Below are positions 53,482-64,000 of a stretch of 64,000 nucleotides of DNA, piece after piece. Numbering within the stretch: the stretch's first letter is position 1; each line of letters starts with the position of its first letter. The notes beneath the pieces were generated by a model. It was not told where the DNA came from. It saw only the letters and a program-made list of their open reading frames with translations, and ran no database searches. Location: positions 106,574 to 170,573 of the forward strand of contig JAAOMT010000379.1 of the NCBI GenBank assembly GCA_016748015.1. The letters run 5' to 3'. The DNA comes from Geosiphon pyriformis uo1. Its lineage: Eukaryota > Fungi > Glomeromycota. The translations under genes were made by a program, and so were the position numbers.

Positions 53482-54663
53482 TTCACAGACTTGACGCCAT
53501 TTTGTATTCTAGAGATCGTTTAATCCTTTTGTCTGGTGATTTCAAGTCGGAAAATAAGTAAAAACCCTTTGATTCTCTTTGTCAAGCCTTCTAGTCTTTA
53601 TAATTCAAAATAAATTTATTGGAAAATAATATCCTGGCAAAGGTTAAACTTGATAAATTAAGTTCAATGTTTTTCCTGAACTTCATATGCCAGTTTTTTG
53701 GATATGATGTTTCGTATAATTTGAACAATTCACAACTTTCAATGAGATCATAATTACTATTCCAATCATAAAATTAACAAAGTTTCATTTATATTATTTA
53801 GGCTGCTATTATTCTAATTGATTTAAAGTAAAGTTTTTGATAAATAAAAATTATTCAAAGCTTAATATATTATAACTGGTAAATTGAGGAATAAAGAGTG
53901 AAGAATAAATATTAAATTTATATATATACTTGTATAAAGAAAGGAAGTTTTAATTCAAAAAAACATTATCAAAGAAAAGATAAAATAAAATTTAATGTAG
54001 ATAGTACATTAAATAATAAAAGCTATTTTTCATGACAATAAGACTTTAGTAGAAAATGTTTCATTTCCCAATATTTCAGATGTTTGGCATTAAAATTTAT
54101 CATGATAGTAAATATTTAATGCTATTATGTTAATCTTTTGTGGTTTAAAACTCTTAAATTGGTAAAACTTGAGAAATTCTAAAATGTTGAGATTTAAAGG
54201 ATTTCTTAAAACATAAAAAATTATTTATAATCTAATTGAATTCCTTTTATATCAGTGTTTCATCATAATATTAGATATTACAATGATAAGATTGAATGGA
54301 ATTGGCGAATAATTATATTTTTAAGATTCATTTATTTCATCAAAATACTTCATTTATCGAAACTGATTCCTTTTTCATTGTGGTTAGATTCAACCGAGAT
54401 TAAAACACTTATTTTTAACAAATCGCATTCTCAAACAAAAATATTTCTATTTTTCAATTAATGAACATAAACCGATTCTAAGATAATGTATTCTTGCAAA
54501 GAATTATTATATGGAGCCGAATAATGAAACGATTGCAATACATTTTTTAAAAGTATATTTAATCAAGCGAGTAAAGATTATTTTATTATCGTCAATAATA
54601 ATTTTGTAAAAGATGAACCATATCGTAAAATTTGTAGCAATTGCTTTCTGGGGAAATTTATTG

Positions 54664-54806
54664 CATTCATTCATTCATTCATTCATTCATTTGTTTGTTT
54701 GTTTGTTTGTTTGTTTGTTTGTTTGTTTGTTTGTTTGTTTGTTTGTTTGTTTGTTCGTTCGTTCGTTCGTTCGTTCGTTCGTTCGTTCGTTCGTTCGTTC
54801 GTTCGT
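54664..54806. repeat. Compound microsatellite (TTCA)n(TTTG)n(TTCG)n
   Basis: Direct reading. Confidence 0.95.
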
Positions 54807-56054
54807 TTTTTCTATTTGAATGCTTTAGAAGGTAAAGAAAAGAAAAAACTCATTCAATTAAGATAATTTATTGTTTGTTTTCTATTAGAATATTTCAATG
54901 TCGCTATCTAACTAAGCCTTCCTAATTGGATCAAAATTAGAACAGCAGGCTGTTTGCTTCAATAAGTGATCTTAAAAATCCTATGAAAATTGCAAACGAT
55001 CTTTATGCAATGATTAAAAGAAAATGGTTCACTTTCATTAGTATTTACTCACACACTGATTTTTTAGCTGAGGCTTTCGAGAATAATTTAATATTCAATA
55101 TTTGTAAGAAATTAAATTTTATTATAATAAATTTAATAACTAATCTTTGGAGCAAAAACATATTTAGTAAAAAAGAAAAATATACTTTTTGAGGATATTT
55201 TGTGTGGTAATTATTATTTTAAATTCTAAAATAATAAATATTAAACAATTATTATTTATTTAGGGTGATTCGTATATATCTTTAATAGTATTACTTTTCT
55301 AATGATTCCTTTCTTCTCAATAATAGACTGTCATACATTATAATCACTGAGATTAACCTAATAATTAAAATGATTTACAATTTCAGCAGTATGAAAAGTC
55401 CACTGCTTTATTTACTCTATTACTCTAATACTCTACTTTCTGCCAGTGATATCAACACTCTGATCTAATATCTGAAAGATTTTAAAATTAATTTTCTAGG
55501 TAGTACTATCAAAATTTTTAATGGGTATATTCCACAATAATTTATTATTATTATTAATTAAAAATTAAAGAACCAAAAAATGATAAAATGCCAAGACTTT
55601 AATCAGAATTTCACCTGAAAAAAATTATTTAATATATGGTTACTTATTTGTTATGATTTATAATTATTATTGTCCGAAACAATAAACCTAAAAAAATATA
55701 ACACATATACAAATACAAAATAATTCTTTAAATTATTGACTTTAACAAGCAATATTTAAAAATGTTAGACATCTGTTAATAATATTAATAAAAATCATTA
55801 AATAAACAATTTATTTGATTTTAAAAAAAATAATTATATTGTAAATAATTCTATGTTTAAATAAGGAAATATGGTCAAAATAATATAATTAATAAAGATC
55901 AATTTCAAATAATTGATTGATCAATTAATAGCAATGTTTAGTAATTTAAAATAAATATTAATAACAAAACAAAAAATTTTTATCAATTGGTTTTTAATGA
56001 AATTAATTTAGCGTAATTTAACTATTTTTATGAGTTAGAATTTCAGCAAGTACC

Positions 56055-57561
56055 TTAAATATCTAAATCCAAATGATTATTTGGACTACAATCATTCATT
56101 CTTACGCCAAAATATGGTCCTTTATGTATATAATCACCTGGTACATTATCTATTGACTGGCCAGCATTGCATTCCTTTGAAAATCAAAAGGATAAAAATA
56201 AGTTGGTTTGATTGACATCTATTAGTCACTAACAATATTAATCAAGTCTAACCTCATTTTCTCCAGACATGATCCCATCGGGGAACAAGGATTCAGGAGA
56301 TACTTCATAGTATTTCCAATCTTGTGAGGCATAGTCAAACCCCTTACACTCATACAGTGAATATTGTCCATTATTTTCCTCTGTTGAACATTCACATGAT
56401 CTTGGCAAAATCCAATACTCTCTCTCAAAATGTTGCAAAAAAATATTTCCAAGTTTCACGCGGTAAAAAATGTGGAACGTGATCGTTAAAATAGGTAATT
56501 CGTTGAACTTTCAATAGTTTATTTACCAGTCGGGCAAATACAGCATTACCAACCCTCGGGGCTCCAAATGTAGTAGTTGAAATTTTGAAGTCGGAAAATC
56601 TAAATGTAGGAATTTTACCGAAACCGTCCATCAAAGATAATTCAATTTTCCATGACAGTCCAGCGAGTGTTGCATAAGCTATAAAAATTTTTTTAGTAAA
56701 TTAATAAAAAAATTTTCCTTGTAAAACGTACCACCACCAATTGCGTGCCCAACAAAGAGGATAAACTGAATTGGCCATTTATGTTTTAACGACAGGACTA
56801 GTCCATCCATAATTGTACCAAATAGCGACTCACGAACAGCTAAAAAATCGTCTTGCCAATCCTTTTCGACAAGAATCAAATTATGGGATTTAATTCCTTC
56901 TACTTTATAGGCTGTCAGTTGATTGCCTCGAGTTGCCCATTGAAACTTTGTTAGCTCTGGTCCTTTGGTCAGTGAATTAAATTTTTGATTTCCTCATTCA
57001 TTAGAATTTGTTGGTGATGAAAATTTTGAGTTATATAACTTTTGTTACCCTTAAAATTTACAATCAATGATCTGCTGGACTCTTCTATATTTACATTAAC
57101 TTCAAGATAGAATAAAGAAAGTAATTAAATTAGTCTTTTAAAATTCTCAGATTAAGTAAACAATTAAAACCTTTCAAACGGCCACTAGGGACTTTTTTCC
57201 CAAGTTGTTCATTTTTCATGCAATAAATATGATTCGAGAAATAAGCCATCACTTTTAATTCTCTGTAAAAAGCAATATCCTGTTTAAGATCAATCAATCC
57301 TTTTGATTTTCCATTCACTGCACGAGTGTTGAGTAATGTCGAGGGATAAAAATCAGGACCAGCACCAGGAATAAATTCTTGACTTAGGTTATGATGCAGA
57401 TTGGCATGTTCTAAGCTTTTTAAACTAGGCCATAATGAAGAATTTACTTTTAAAGACTGATGAGTTTGAAAAAAAATTGAAAGACTTTTATATAATAAAT
57501 TTAAAAGAAAAAATATCAATAGGATTAATAAGAAATTGTTTGTATTGAAAATTTGGTACAT
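56055..57561 (-). CDS. Class-3 lipase-like alpha/beta hydrolase, 5 exons, nucleophile Ser>Ala, one 1-nt frameshift
   Basis: Hydrophobic N-terminus; LIVNFKG, FVGHAIGG/AYA, TFGAPRVGN, RITYFNDHVPH, HFEREYWI, ENE/ECNAGQ, HKGPYFG; GT..AG introns; frameshift most simply placed in the A7 run at 56437-56443. Confidence 0.85.
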
Positions 57562-60149
57562 TTCGAACCTATCTTAAAGTACCCGAAATCTCTCAAAAAT
57601 GAAAGTTACATATATAAACACACGGAATGCACGATCGATTTGTGTTTGTTTGATAGATATTAAGGGGTGATTATTTTATTGCAAACAAATAAATTTTGAT
57701 TTAAATTGATAATATTTAGCATTGATTTTAATCTTTTGACATCAAATCTCCAAAGGTCTCGGAGTCGATGAAAATAAAAGCTACAATTTGAGAGAAAAAG
57801 CATCCGTAAATGCTTTTCTAAATTTTGTAAGCAATGCATATTTTTTTAAAATTTAAAAAATAAATGCACCACCATTCATTTCTTTATAGCATAAAAAAAT
57901 TAATATACAGTCCAAAACTGACTCCAACAATATCAAAAAATAAGAAATTTATAAATATTTTCAGTTCAATGAGTCTATATTACAATATTTAAATTTTGGA
58001 TTTTAGTTAAATAAATAAATGGTTTTACAAGATAAAGTTTTACAGGAAATATATATTTTTTAGTTTTAAAACTACTATATCTTATTTACTAAATATATTT
58101 ATAACATATGCATATTTTTTCAATGCAACAATTTTTAGAATATTTTTATAGATTCCAATTGAACAATTCATAAATTAGAATTAAAAGGAATTTTCTATTT
58201 TTTTTGACAAAAAATTAAACGGTTTGTAATTTTTGTTTTAAATTAAATAATTAAATGTTCATAATGGCTTTAATTCTGATATAAAAGAATACCAAATATA
58301 ATTTATTTTTAAAAAGATTTTAACCTCTATTAAAATAGTATTCTTGACTAAAAAATTGCAATTTTAAAAATAAGCTATAATTTTTTCTCATTTTTAGTTA
58401 AAACCACAACTTTTAATGACAATTATGATTATTGTTGATTGTAACTATAACTATGTATTTTTACCAAAATTACATATTTTTTAAAATTAACACACAAAAA
58501 ATGTTGCTTCAATTATTAAAAAATATTCCAAATATTATTCAATTTCTTAAATTTATCTTCACATACTTGCATTATTTTTGAGAAAAAATAATTAATTCCT
58601 AAATCCATCAAGTCAATTAACTTCAAAAAGTATTATTAAAGTCAATAGTTAATTTAATAAATAAGAAATTTCAAATTGTATGATTCAAATATCAATAAGT
58701 TGCCTCTTACCTGTTGTATTAAAAAAAATTTATATGAAATTTAATCTCTTTCAAATACATTCGGAAAATGTCAAATAAAATTTGAAAGATTCTTTTAACT
58801 AGATAAAATATTCTGTCGGTGAATTAAAGTAGTAAGACTCTACCCGAGTTTATTTATTTTAGAAATTCTGTTCATTGATTAATAATTAGCCATGATTGAT
58901 TTTCATGAATTGTGAAATATTTGAAAACTTAATAGTCATTTTCTTTCAGCAAATTAGAAAATGAAAATTAATTTTTTCTTTTTAATGCTTGCTTGTTTAA
59001 ATTACCAGTAAATAATTTTGGGATTAGATAAAATGAAATCAAATTAAGGATACTATTGATAGCTTCTATTTTAAGATCATTTGTCAGTATTTTAACTTCC
59101 TTCTGGGATTCTTACTCGGAATAATTAGAGTGAATAAATGCTTAAAAAAATTTAGATTTTTACATTATTACAGCTAAAAAATTTTTACTATTATATTATG
59201 TTTATGTTATTTAAACTTAAACTAATAAAGTCTTAATTCTAAAATTTACAATTTTTTAAAAATTAAACTTGTTAATATTTATCTTAATATAAATTTTTTT
59301 TGCTAAACGCTGTAATAAAATAGTTTTTTGTATTGCACAATTTTTCTAAACACAAACTCAAGATTTTTTAATTTAATATCAACGTTAAACTTATAAATAA
59401 CATCAACTTTTTCTGTATTAATAAAAGCTTAATATTTGTAAACATGCTATAAATATTAGTAAATACCACTTTTTTTCTATATTATGCTTTAAAACAGCCC
59501 AAACATTTTTAATAAAATTAAGATCTGGCCTATATTGTAATTATAGCAGAATACAACTTTTAGAAATCTTGTTTAAAATAAAATAAATAATAACAATTTA
59601 ATTTTAAAGCTTATTTTAAATATTTTATTTGCTAATTTCGAGCTTTAGATTTTTTTTAAACACTTCTATTATAACAAAATAATTTCTCTACATAGTTTTG
59701 CCAATTTGAAACTTTGCAAAGAATAAACTTGTAAATAAAAAGAATAATAAATATCCAAATTTACTATTTTTGCAAAATAGAACATAATAATAATATTAAA
59801 AAATGTTTTTTGAAGTCAAATTTTATAATAAAATTTTGATTATATATATAAAGTATAAATAAGTTATTATTATTTATATTTGTATATAAATATATTTTAA
59901 ATATTAAATACTTATTATAATTAACATATATTTTGGATATTTTGTCTTTATTAACTTTAATATTATAAAAGACAAAAAAAAATCTTAAATCATTTTTAAC
60001 TTAATAAAATCATGTATAGACTAAAATACAGTCTTAACAAAAGCCAATTTGATCTTAAAAGCAGCATTAAACACTAATATAAAGGCCACTTACTTATCAA
60101 ACTTTTGATAATTGATAACTGTTTTTCAAGCATTATTAAAAGCAGCACC

Positions 60150-60933
60150 AAAAAACAGAAGAGAAAATATAGTTTCAGTTTCTATCTAATTAATTCAATT
60201 TTTAAGATCAGATAATCTAATAAACTAATTAGTTAAAAACATGTGCAAAGACATATTTTATTTTGCTTCTAAAACTGGTAAAAATTAGTCAGAGATTAAC
60301 ATATTAAACAATACAACTAAAGACTAATTAGAGCCAGCTTTAATAGAGATGTTGTTGCTGTTATTGTCTAAAAGAGAAAGAGAGCTGGTGTTTACAGCCA
60401 AATTCAGTTTAGACATCTTGATTGGTGCAGTTACAATAAGATTAGGATAAAGCCAATATTCTATTTTTTTTAAAAGAAAAGACAGACTTCAAAGTCTTGG
60501 TATTGTTTTGGAAGATACCAAAAAGAAAAATATCTTCAAGAATCTTAAAAAAGCTGGTTGCTTGAAAAAAAGAAGAAAAAAGTAATAGCTTTTTAACTTC
60601 TTTGGATTTTCTGGCTATTTGAGCTAGTATAAGAAAAATGACAATAAGGAAAAGTAGCTTTACTACTGGCTTACTGTTGAAGATCTTGGAACTTTTTATG
60701 GTAGTTGTAACTACATTAGGATTGGCTCTAGATTGTTACTTAAATAGGACTTTAGATGGAGTAAAACTTTTACTCAAAGCCAAAAAGGGTGCTTTGGACC
60801 CAGCAAAAAGCTGGTTTCCAACTATTTTATTTAAAAGAAGTGCTTTCATAGAGCACTATCGAACAGTTTTACCAGTTGCTTCAGATAAAAAAGGAGTTGC
60901 AACTTTTTTACTTTTTGCTTTGGTTGTGGTCAT
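60150..60933 (-). mobile_element. Probable decayed LINE ORF1 5' fragment
   Basis: MTTTKAKSKK... start, low-complexity basic/Ser-rich reading with stops, and higher GC than the flanks. Resemblance is from recall only. Confidence 0.35.
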
Positions 60934-61249
60934 AAAAATACGGAAAAAGAGCTTTATATTACACTTTTATAAATAAAAAATAAATAAATAAAAAGTATTT
61001 TTCAAAAAATTTAAATCCTGTAGTCTTAACCTTTAATGTAAAAATTTGAACAAATATTATGAATTTATTATCTTTTTAATAATTTGAAATTTTTCATAAT
61101 GTTTGATATCGTTTTTTAAAAACATTTGAAAAAATTTTAAAATTGAAAAAATTATTAAAAATATTATTATCTGCAAATTTTTAAAAGTAAGATTTTTAAT
61201 TTTTAGTATTTTTTGAAATAATAATATTTTTATAAATTATATCATACAT

Positions 61250-61690
61250 TAGACACAACCACGCGTGGCCAGCCACCCGACTACTTTACACTACAACAGC
61301 AAATTTTCTACTGGACCTGATATGGAAAAAAAAATATGATATTCGCAAAGGGTTTTGTATACAAAGAATGGCATATAGAGATTCGGGGACACCAAGGTGG
61401 CTGGTACGAAAATCGTCGAGCTGGTAAGAAATTTCGTGGACATCCATCGTGAGGAAATTTGGCTACCAACCGCCAAAACAAGAGCCGATATGGAAAAAAA
61501 CCGGAGAATGATGTGAAGGAAATAAGATTCAAAGGGCCACACTTAGGAAATGTGGTATGTGGCTGGGACATTTATGCGCCATGGGCGTGCGCAAGCCGTT
61601 CCAAATAGTGACTAATATTAGTACTGATTTCCGTGAAAGGTTTTTGAACTTAGTATCCGCTTTGTTTTCCTATGTCCGAGCTTATCGCCT
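61250..61690 (+). mobile_element. 5'-truncated, CpG-rich LINE 3' fragment
   Basis: Translates AKGFVYKEW...IVELVRNFVDIHREEIWLPTAKTRADMEK, matching KEFVLKN...IVKLVCNIVESYRSNIWLPAVKTKSFYEK at the ORF2 end of the LINE (~30380-30545, minus). Confidence 0.8.
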
Positions 61691-62621
61691 ATTATTATAT
61701 TAGTTAAATATTAATTTAATTAATAATTTATTTTAATTAATTATTAACATATTTTATTACTTCTATTTAAAATTACAATAGTTTAACATTATTTTTTATT
61801 TATAATAAAATAAAAAAGTGTAATAATTAATTTCATCAATATTTTTTGGATACAATAAATGAAGGTTTTAATAATAAAAAACTTTTGATAATTAGCAAAA
61901 CAGTTAAAAATCCCTAAATATTATTAAGACTTAAATAATAGAAGGTATAAATATTGTTTCAATCTCTATATTTTTTAGTATAATTAATAGAGCTTTGAAT
62001 ATTAAGCAAATTACATATGGCTATTATTATGATATTTAATTTTATTCTTGAAAATTTAACTGAAAAACAACTATATTAGAGTTTTAAATTTAAATACAAT
62101 ATTAATAATGCTTAATAGTTAGTATTAAGTTGTTTTTTTATTTTATAGACAGTTAATTCAAACTTTTTGAGCTAAATTATTTTGATTGACCAAGTTTTAT
62201 TTTTATAATTCCAGTAATGATATGAGAGATGGAAAGAAAAAAAGAATAGAATGAGATGTAGCTAAAGGAAACCAATCTTAAAAATAATACATCAAAAATA
62301 AAAAATGAGTTATATTTTTTAATTAAGAGTGACATTACAACTGTTACAATTTCATTAAAATTGCATTTTTATTAAAAATAAAAACTATTTATCTTGATTT
62401 GCAACTGATTGAAAATTTTTAAACCCAAAAAAAATAGCGTTATTTGTATCAAATAACAAAATTTAAAATCTGATATGATAGAAGTCTATTATAAAAATTG
62501 AAAGCGAAACTATTTATAAAGGCATTTTTTATCTATTTGAGATTTAATTTTGATCTTTTCCTAAATTATATTATTTAAAAACTAATCAGATAAAATACAA
62601 CCGAATGCATCGTAATAATAC

Positions 62622-63350
62622 CTAATAGAGATTACCATTATGGTTGAAGCCTCCATTAATTGTACCAGACGAAAACTGACCATTTTGTTGATTACCTATG
62701 GATCTCTTATCGTTGAAACCTCCATTAATTGTACCAGACGAAAAGTCACCATTTTGCTGGTTACCGATGGATCTCTTTTCGTTGAAACCTCCATTAATAG
62801 TCCCAGATGAAAAGTCACTCTTAGTGTTGAAGCCTCCATTAATTGTACCAGACGAAAAGTCACCATTTTGCTGGTTACCGATGGATCTCTTATCATTGAA
62901 ACCTCCATTAATTGTACCAGATGAAAAGTCACCATTTTGCTGGTTACCGATGGATCTCTTACCGTTGAAACCTCCATTAATTGTACCAGATGAAAAGTCA
63001 CCATTTTGCTGGTTACCGATGGATCTCTTATCATTGAAACCTCCATTTATTGTACCAGACGAAAACTGACCATTTTGCTGGTTACCGATGGATCTCTTAT
63101 CATTGAAACCTCCATTAATTGTCCCAGACGAAAACTGACCGTTTTGCTGGTTACCAATTGCTTTGGAATTATATCCTAATCTATCACTATTATTGTTGAA
63201 GCCTCCGTTAATAGTACCATGGGAAAACTGGCCGTTGTTCTGATTACCGATAGCTCTCTTTGCATTTAATACAGCTGCACTAGATGTTGAAAATGTAGAC
63301 AAGAGAAAGATAGCTGTGCAAATTTGTGTAATAAAAATTTTACCAGTCAT
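62622..63350 (-). CDS. Kex2-processed repeat protein (KEP): signal peptide plus 8 full and 1 partial 23-aa repeats releasing SIGNQQNG(D/Q)FSSGTINGGFN(D/G)
   Basis: ATG at 63350 (the ORF track starts at an upstream TTG). Signal peptide ..FLLSTFSTSSA, propeptide ending AKR, 69-nt repeat units mostly ending in KR; intact 242-aa ORF. Confidence 0.93.
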   Translation of the reverse strand: MTGKIFITQICTAIFLLSTFSTSSAAVLNAKRAIGNQNNGQFSHGTINGGFNNNSDRLGYNSKAIGNQQNGQFSSGTINGGFNDKRSIGNQQNGQFSSGTINGGFNDKRSIGNQQNGDFSSGTINGGFNGKRSIGNQQNGDFSSGTINGGFNDKRSIGNQQNGDFSSGTINGGFNTKSDFSSGTINGGFNEKRSIGNQQNGDFSSGTINGGFNDKRSIGNQQNGQFSSGTINGGFNHNGNLY

Positions 63351-63455
63351 TTTAATCAATCTTAGTGTTTTTAAGGCTTTTAAAAAAATGTATTAGAAAG
63401 ATTTCTTTTAGATGTTTTAGAGTGTGAATGAAGAGATATTGAGCAGGCGAACCTC

Positions 63456-63466
63456 TTCTTTTATAC
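63456..63466 (-). promoter_or_regulatory. Candidate TATA box (GTATAAAAGAA) of the KEP gene
   Basis: 116 bp upstream of ATG 63350. Confidence 0.45.
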
Positions 63467-64000
63467 CATTTTCCCATTCTCATGATCGGTTTAATTTTGA
63501 AACAAATTCAATTTAAACATGACTGTTTTTCTTCTCGGTATTTCATTTAGGTATCCTATGGTAACAAAATTTTCGCTAAGCCTGCGGTTACCATTGAAAT
63601 CAACCTTGAAAAAGATGGCTTTACCTTTGTCGAAAAGGTTTCATTTAGGCCGCAAGAATGACCAAGCACTAACCTTTTTTTTTAAATTTTCATGATGAGA
63701 AAGAATAGGTTGGGCTTGATAGATCCTGGTAAAATGCATAATTATATATTCTCCGCAATGCTCATTTAGTTATACTAAAGTTTTTTATAAATAGAACACC
63801 ACAGACCATAATAGGAATAAGTATTAGACTAAACTAAAAATTTTCCAATTGTAGTAAACACCATTGTTTCTTGATTTCGTGACATTCAATGCACGTGAAA
63901 AAAAAATTCGTATAATAATGTGTAATAAATTAATTAAATAGTTTCTTAGTGTAAGTTTTTTTAATCTATTAAAATAAACCATTTCTTATTTGGTTATTTA

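Noticed and set aside
52902-53486. Pro/Leu-rich antisense and Met/Val/Thr-rich alternative-frame ORFs
   Set aside because: Shadows of the Asn/Gly repeat; only the 52915 frame has a signal peptide and KR sites.
54613-54835. FVCL/FVRS repeat ORFs (likewise 47527-47733 and 36479-36877)
   Set aside because: Translations of microsatellites or low-complexity DNA.
60638-60976. 112-aa plus-strand ORF
   Set aside because: No recognisable motif; probably antisense to a decayed retroelement fragment.
62696-63069. Alternative-frame and antisense repeat ORFs, and a CRISPR-like reading of the 69-bp repeat
   Set aside because: Shadows of the KEP coding repeat; no unique spacers, no cas genes, eukaryotic context.
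46000-64000. Dikaritin/RiPP biosynthetic gene cluster around the KEPs
   Set aside because: No DUF3328 (HxxHC), tyrosinase, methyltransferase, peptidase or transporter gene seen in the window.

Overview
Eukaryotic, very AT-rich, repeat-dominated fungal DNA with spliceosomal introns and three N gaps. The TE families and lipase type fit Glomeromycota (Geosiphon-like); this is recall, not a database result. The first ~42 kb is mostly a transposon/pseudogene graveyard. It holds two inverted, complementarily damaged copies of a TET/JBP-type 2OG-Fe(II) dioxygenase gene, two intron-containing Crinkler-like PD-(D/E)xK genes, an A32-like packaging-ATPase relic and a protease+dUTPase LTR-retroelement relic. 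It also holds a kinase pseudogene, a TA-inserted Tc1 deletion derivative whose empty site is in the window, a ~253-bp tandem array in two inverted copies, and a near full-length decayed LINE. The last ~18 kb has four secretory-pathway genes: a 3-exon Cys-rich small secreted protein missed by the ORF track, two Asn/Gly-rich Kex2(KR)-processed repeat precursors (2x6x13 aa and ~8.5x23 aa), and a class-3 lipase with its catalytic Ser replaced by Ala. The best candidate for an undescribed system is this secreted repeat-peptide cluster; the mobile TET/JBP module is second. All gene models and alignments were made by eye.
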